Shown here piece by piece: positions 33,901 to 39,298 of a stretch of 39,298 nt of DNA. Under the pieces are notes generated by a model that was not told the DNA's origin, did not search any database, and saw only the letters and a list, made by a program, of their open reading frames with translations. Each line of letters opens with the position of its first letter. Position 1 is the first letter of the stretch. Source of the DNA: Octopus bimaculoides (taxonomy: Eukaryota); contig NC_068982.1 of the NCBI RefSeq assembly GCF_001194135.2, positions 191,959,429-191,998,726 on the forward strand. Reading direction: 5' to 3'. Both the position numbers and the translations under genes were made by a program.

Positions 33901-34180
33901 TTACGAAACCAGTATGCTTTTGAATCTCTTTAACAATTCACAATAATGACTTTTATTACTTTTGTTCCTACCTCAGTTTATCTAATTGTATATATCTATC
34001 GTTGCTTTTCATAAAAAGCCTTTAATTTTTTTGATTTCCAATGTACATTTTTGCTTATTTTTCTTCTTACTTTCCCCTTACATTTCCATGTGTAGTTTCT
34101 ATTTTCTTTTTGTAACATATTTCTATTATATATATATATATATATATGCATCTATCTATAATGGGTCAGTATATATACAT

Positions 34181-34650
34181 CATCATCATCATCATTTAAT
34201 GTCCATTGTCCCATGCTGGCATGGGTTGGATGGTTTGACCAGGGCTGGCAAGATGGAAGGCAGCACCAGACTTTAGTCTGATTTAGTATGGTTTTCTACA
34301 ACTGGATGCCCTTCCTAATGCTAACCACTCTGAGAGTGTAATGGGTGCTTTTATGTACCACCGACACCGGTGCTATTTATGTGCCACCCATATCTGCCAT
34401 AACTGTGGTCTTGCTTGGCTTCACGGGTCTTCTTTTCAAGCATGACACAATTGCAAAGGTCCTAGTCATTGCTTCCATGAGGCCCAACACGAGAAAGGAA
34501 TTCAGCCACTTTGCCTCTGTGAGGCCCTTCCTAATACCAACTACTTTACAGAGTGTACTTGATGCTTTTACATGGCACCATCACCGCTGCTTTTTTACAT
34601 GGCACTAGCATTACTACTTTTTAAAGCACCGGTGATGGTGCCACATAAAA
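34181..34650 (-). mobile_element. Rearranged RTE tail and ORF-end composite
   Basis: (CAT)n tail and core at 34181-34400, an RTE C-terminal piece at ~34400-34490, and a second GCCCTTCCTAA core at ~34520. A 25-bp inverted repeat lies at 34566-34590 / 34626-34650. Confidence 0.7.
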
Positions 34651-36070
34651 GATGTAATTCTCTTTAACACAACATGTTTTAGAGAGAATGAAAATTCATT
34701 AACCATGGTCATTGTGAGGTCAGCAGGTTCCTTTGTTATTCCTTAATATTCAAGTTGTGTCAAAAACACAACAACAACAACTTTACAAGTGAGTGATCAA
34801 TAGTTATGGTGTAGAAATTGTGGAATATGTTTCAAACACATTTAAACTCAATAAACAAAGCAATGCTGTCCCTGCACATAATGTTTGAAGCTACAGTATA
34901 GGCTGTGTTGCTGCATAGGCTGTCTCATAGCGTCAGCTGTCTTTATTTCGGTACCTTTCTATGTTAACTTATGCTTCACTGTGTTGCATACTGTCCTCTA
35001 ATTGCCTTGTTTTAGAAATAACAACAGCTTAACTTTAATGGGATTAAAATATTACCAATATCATAAATTATTCATTAGTTTCTAGTAAATTGATTCTTAG
35101 TTTGATCTCTCTATACATCTTTACACCCCCACCACCACCACCACCACCCCGCATATAAATGAGCAGAAAGTTGCTGTGCAGTCGACTGGTTCACCTTATT
35201 TACTTACTCAACAGCTGCACACAAGCATTTTCCAATTTAATTATTTCGTTTCCTGTTGCCAGATGTTTTACAAACCTTCTTCTTTCTCGACTCAACACCA
35301 GCCATCTGTTTATTATTATAAACCTTACCTACAGTGTTCCCTTAATTGGGTCAGTCAGTTAACCGACATAAAACTTCTTTATCAGAGACAGTCACACAAC
35401 AATAACATTAGAAACCAGATGCAAATTTTAATTATTCTAATCAGAGCCCATTTAATTATCAGTCCATGAGGTTGGTATATGTTGCAATCTAAACAGTTAA
35501 CCCAACAAATATCTGGGCAACGACTAGTGTTTTCACATTTATTGGATTGCACATAAGGGGGAGTTTTATGCTGAAGTGATGGGTCAGAAACCCCTCCAGA
35601 TTAATTCTGGACGAATGAGTGAAACCTGTAGCTTTTTACAAACAAAACTTTATGGATTTGTGATATTGATTCCTTTGATGAAGGGAAAGCCAATTTGGGT
35701 GGGGGGAGGTTGTTTAACAGTTTTGGGTGGAAAGGGTTTCACAAATTGTTTTGTGCATGTTTTCAGGGGTTAAAATACAATATAGGGTGTGACAAGAGAG
35801 TAGAGTGTAGATGGGGGGGGTGCTAGATGATATGCAGGTATATCTGTGTAAGGATGTGTGTGATAATGATGATCATCATCATTATCCTTTAACATCCGTT
35901 TTCCATGCTGGCATGGGTTGNNNNNNNNNNNNNNNNNNNNNNNNNNNNNNNNNNNNNNNNNNNNNNNNNNNNNNNNNNNNNNNNNNNGCTAGATGATATG
36001 CATGTATATGGGGGGGGGTGCTAGATGATATGCAGGTATATCTGTGTAAGGATGTGTGTGATAATGATGA

Positions 36071-36505
36071 TCATCATCATTATCCTTTAACATCCGTTTT
36101 CCATGCTGGCATGGGTTGGATGGTTTGACCAAAGCCGGGGAGCTGCACCAGGGAAGATTGTATGATGTACATGTATGAACTGTGATGCTGCATGGTAGTG
36201 AAATGTGGGCCCTGAATGTGGAGTACATGCAAAGGCTGGAGAGGGATGAAGTTGGTGTGCTCTGCTGGATGTGTGATGTCAGTGTGCATGTGCAACAGTG
36301 CATTGGTGTATTGAGAGAGAAGTTGGACATAAGAGGAATTAGATGCAGTGTGCAAGAGAGGAGACTGTGCTGGTTTGGTCATGTGATGCGGATGGATGAG
36401 GACAGTTGCATACAGAAGTGGAGAGAAGTCGTGGCAGAAGGAAACCCAGGAAGACAGGGGACGAAGTATTAAAGATTGATCTGGAAACCTTATGAAGGAG
36501 ATGAC
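36071..36505. mobile_element. RTE insertion with 5' inversion (tail on minus strand, ORF piece on plus strand)
   Basis: Tail 36071-36152 joins through a shared AGG to GRLYD..MLHGSEMWAL..QERRLCWFGHVMRMDEDSCIQK on the opposite strand. Confidence 0.8.
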
Positions 36506-36627
36506 AGAGGAGCAAGGGACACGGTGTACTCAACCCACCCACTGTAACAGAATTGAAATCCTAAAACCAAAGTACCATGTAAAAAGCACCAGTACTCTCA
36601 AACTATTAAATGTTATTCTTCTTATTC

Positions 36628-36770
36628 AAGTGTGGTGAGAAGTTTGCTTTGCGACCGCATGGTTTCGGCTACAAGTGTCTTCTATTACAGCCTTGAGAGC
36701 AGATTTGGTAGATCGAAACCGAAAACAGCCTAGTATATGTGTGTGTGTGTGAGTGTGTGTGTGTGTGTGT

Positions 36771-36803
<33 letters not shown>

Positions 36804-37200
36804 NNNNNNNNNNNNNNNNNNNNNNNNNNNNNNNNNNNNNNNNNNNNNNNNNNNNNNNNNNNNNNNNNNNNNNNNNNNNNNNNNNNNNNNNNNNNNNNNN
36901 NNNNNNNNNNNNNNNNNNNNNNNNNNNNNNNNNNNNNNNNNNNNNNNNNNNNNNNNNNNNNNNNNNNNNNNNNNNNNNNNNNNNNNNNNNNNNNNNNNNN
37001 NNNNNNNNNNNNNNNNNNNNNNNNNNNNNNNNNNNNNNNNNNNNNNNNNNNNNNNNNNNNNNNNNNNNNNNNNNNNNNNNNNNNNNNNNNNNNNNNNNNN
37101 NNNNNNNNNNNNNNNNNNNNNNNNNNNNNNNNNNNNNNNNNNNNNNNNNNNNNNNNNNNNNNNNNNNNCTCAAATGACTGAAACAAGAAAAAGATTAAAA
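36628..37200 (+). mobile_element. tRNA-derived SINE with internal (GT)n, spanning an N-gap
   Basis: Head GTGTGGTGAGAAGTTTGCTT..CGCATGGTTTCGG, body CAAGTGTCTTCTA..GATTTGGTAGA.CGAAAC, end CAAATGACTGAAACAAG.AAAAGA. These match a common octopus SINE recalled from memory. Confidence 0.65.
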
Positions 37201-38234
37201 AATGAAAGATAGATTCTAATTTCTTTGAGAAACATAACATTTAACTGTGTAGATGTTTTTAATAAACATACTTACAATTAGTGTAATTAAATTTAATGAA
37301 TATTTAATTAGCTGTGAAAGTCCTGTTTTTAAGAATTTGAATGAAACCACGAAAGATATTAGAAGAAAAAAATTAGCAAATAAAAATAGAATCTGAAAGA
37401 AAGAAGACCAAAATGAAGATTTATTGAGTGATTTACTGACCAATTTAAGAGGTTAAAAGTGATTGGATATTGAGGAGAGACGAGATTGTATAATGCTTGT
37501 TGCTTTTGGGCTTTTAGGGAAATAATGAAAATAATGACTGGCTGGGAGCTGGTTTCTCACTCTTCTTCTTTCTCCCTCTCTCTCTTCTTCTTCTTTCTCC
37601 CTTGCCCCTTCTCTCTCCATCTCACTCTTGTTGTTTGGTCCTAATTAGCCATATCTTAATTATATAAATCTATGATTAATTGCTGTCAATAACCTCAACA
37701 ACCCAAATTTCACGAATAAACGTCCATTAGGTGTTGACTGGGTTGGGATGCCCTCTACTCCTTGTTCTCCATAGGTTCCGCAGACATGGCTGCTGTCCTC
37801 TATTGCTAGTTCAGTTTTCTCCTGACAGAAATCCTGATTGATTGAGGTCACGCCCACCCCTAATGTGGCAGGGAAACCCACCTTCACTCGTTTGTGTCAT
37901 AGCGACATGTTATTGTCACACTGACAATAGAAACTAATGAAGGACAACTATTACAATCTAATTATTTTAGTTGCTACAGAGGGGAGGGGGGTTAACACTG
38001 CACAACCCTATTTGTATGAGGGAGGGGAGAGGACTGAACCTAATTCGNNNNNNNNNNNNNNNNNNNNNNNNNNNNNNNNNNNNNNNNNNNNNNNNNNNNN
38101 NNNNNNNNNNNNNNNNNNNNNNNNNNNNNNNNNNNNNNNNNNNNNNNATATATATACATATACATATATACACACACACACACACACACATATATATCAT
38201 CGTTCATATATTAAAAATGAGGGAGACCGGTTTA

Positions 38235-38297
38235 TGGGATTACCTTACGTTTCCCGTCCATGAAGGGTTTAGCTTTATGGCGTATCGTCAGACCCCA
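38235..38297 (-). ncRNA. Candidate type I hammerhead ribozyme
   Basis: UGGGGU-CUGACGA-(31 nt)-GAAA-C-GUAAG-G-UA|AUCCCA. All core nucleotides are present, with a 6-bp stem I (one G.U), a minimal stem III and a GUA cleavage triplet. Confidence 0.6.
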
Positions 38298-38355
38298 AAA
38301 CTTATTGACCTATGACCGCTTCGGATATTTTAAGAGGTCTTGGGCCAACAGGTTT

Positions 38356-38418
38356 TGGGCTCTGACGATACGCCATAAAGCTGAACCCTTTTTGGACAGG
38401 AAACCTGATGTAGTCCCA
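38356..38418 (+). ncRNA. Second candidate hammerhead ribozyme (weaker stem I)
   Basis: UGGGCU-CUGACGA-(31 nt)-GAAA-C-CUGAU-G-UA|GUCCCA. The core is intact and stem I has one mismatch. Confidence 0.45.
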
Positions 38419-38576
38419 TAAGGCAGCCTTCCCCATTTTTAATATATACTGCTCTACATCTTAGAGTGTGCTTCTCCGGATTTTTGTTTTCTATAAACGA
38501 TATATATATATATATAATTATTCGTTTATATTTATATAAGGGCATTACTACAGAATCTTATATATGTGTATATATA

Positions 38577-38832
38577 CGTGGTCTGATCAATAAGTATCCG
38601 GACTGTTGCCATAGTAACGAAGCCAAACCGCTTAGCACAGATTGACCTTGAATTCTGCTGGGCATGCACACTAAGTTTTAACGTCCTAGCTCACTTCCAC
38701 TGCTTACAGCAGTGCTTGGAAGGAACCTGTGTAGCGTGTGACCGTCGCATTGACCACGACAGAAAGTTGAGCAGAGAATCTGCATCGAATTTTGATAAAA
38801 GCTTGGCGATACCTGCTCAGAGGCCTACACAA
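38577..38832 (+). mobile_element. mariner left end and transposase N-terminus
   Basis: TA-CGTGGTCTGATCAATAAGTATCCGGACT TIR-like start, then EQRICIEF..KLGDTCSEAYTK (mariner HTH). Confidence 0.8.
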
Positions 38833-39298
38833 AGTTTTCAAATAGTTTTCATCGTTGTCGACACAATCAAGGAGATTTTGTGCAACTGAAACCCGAGTGT
38901 CTTTTTGGTCAGTTGAAAGCAGTTTTGGCATAAACTTGGCAGACCCATGTCTCATACCCAAATCTTCAGAGATAATGGACTGAACTGAACCGTAACTAAT
39001 CTGCACATCCTCTGATCACTCACGGATGGTGATTCGACGATTTCCCCCCACAGCTGCGCACGCATCTGCCATCTTCTTCTCAGTTCTGCTGGTTGCAGGT
39101 CTCCCAGAACGTTCGTCAATATCGACATTTTTTCGGCCATCTTGGAAACCTCTGAAACATTCGTACACTTATGTGCGGCTCATACACTCCTCCATATACT
39201 CTCTGCAGCTTCGTGCAGGCCTCTGAGCGGATATTGCCATGACAACTTTTTCTGTCATGGTCAATGCGATGATCACACGCTACACACTTTCCTTCCAA
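38833..39298 (-). mobile_element. mariner transposase N-terminal half (decayed), running off the window end
   Basis: SEACTKLQRVYG..RFQDGRKNVDIDERSGRPATSRT..NRRITIRE..ISYGSVQSIISEDLGMRHGSAKFMPKLLSTDQKDTRV. Confidence 0.9.

Larger units (their letters stand above)
38190..38515. repeat. Imperfect palindrome with ~110-bp arms between (TA)n tracts, probably inverted Penelope-like pLTRs
   Basis: 38206-38310 versus the reverse complement of 38335-38447 is roughly 80% identical by eye. Both arms share CTGACGATACGCCATAAAGCT. Confidence 0.85.

Noticed and set aside
35811-36118. ~110-bp direct duplication (35811-35920 and ~36008-36118)
   Set aside because: The copies are essentially identical and sit on either side of an N-gap. 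This is most likely an unmerged contig overlap.

Overview
AT-rich animal genomic DNA with six N-gaps. The repeat families, recognised from memory, point to a coleoid cephalopod, most likely Octopus. I cannot support any intact host gene, rRNA, tRNA gene or CRISPR array. The window is a nested pile of decayed transposons: three Ty3/Gypsy LTR elements, several RTE LINE pieces with structured (GAT)n-tailed 3' ends, R4/Dong-type restriction-like-endonuclease LINEs, a Tx1/L1-type LINE, Penelope-like GIY-YIG fragments, hAT, Tc1/mariner, Helentron-type and piggyBac-like DNA elements, SINEs and microsatellites. Most long ORFs in the supplied track come from microsatellites, N-gaps or transposon fragments. 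The most notable signals are: (1) a palindrome at about 38.2-38.5 kb whose two arms each carry a complete hammerhead ribozyme core; (2) two unrelated LINE lineages both bounded by (ATT/TAA)n tracts, on opposite strands; (3) a Gypsy element with a duplicated LTR end and an 18-nt tRNA-Trp copy, suggesting aberrant strand transfer; (4) a structured array of ~66-bp units in the RTE 3' end; (5) several long inverted repeats. All alignments and folds were done by eye and coordinates of degraded elements are approximate.
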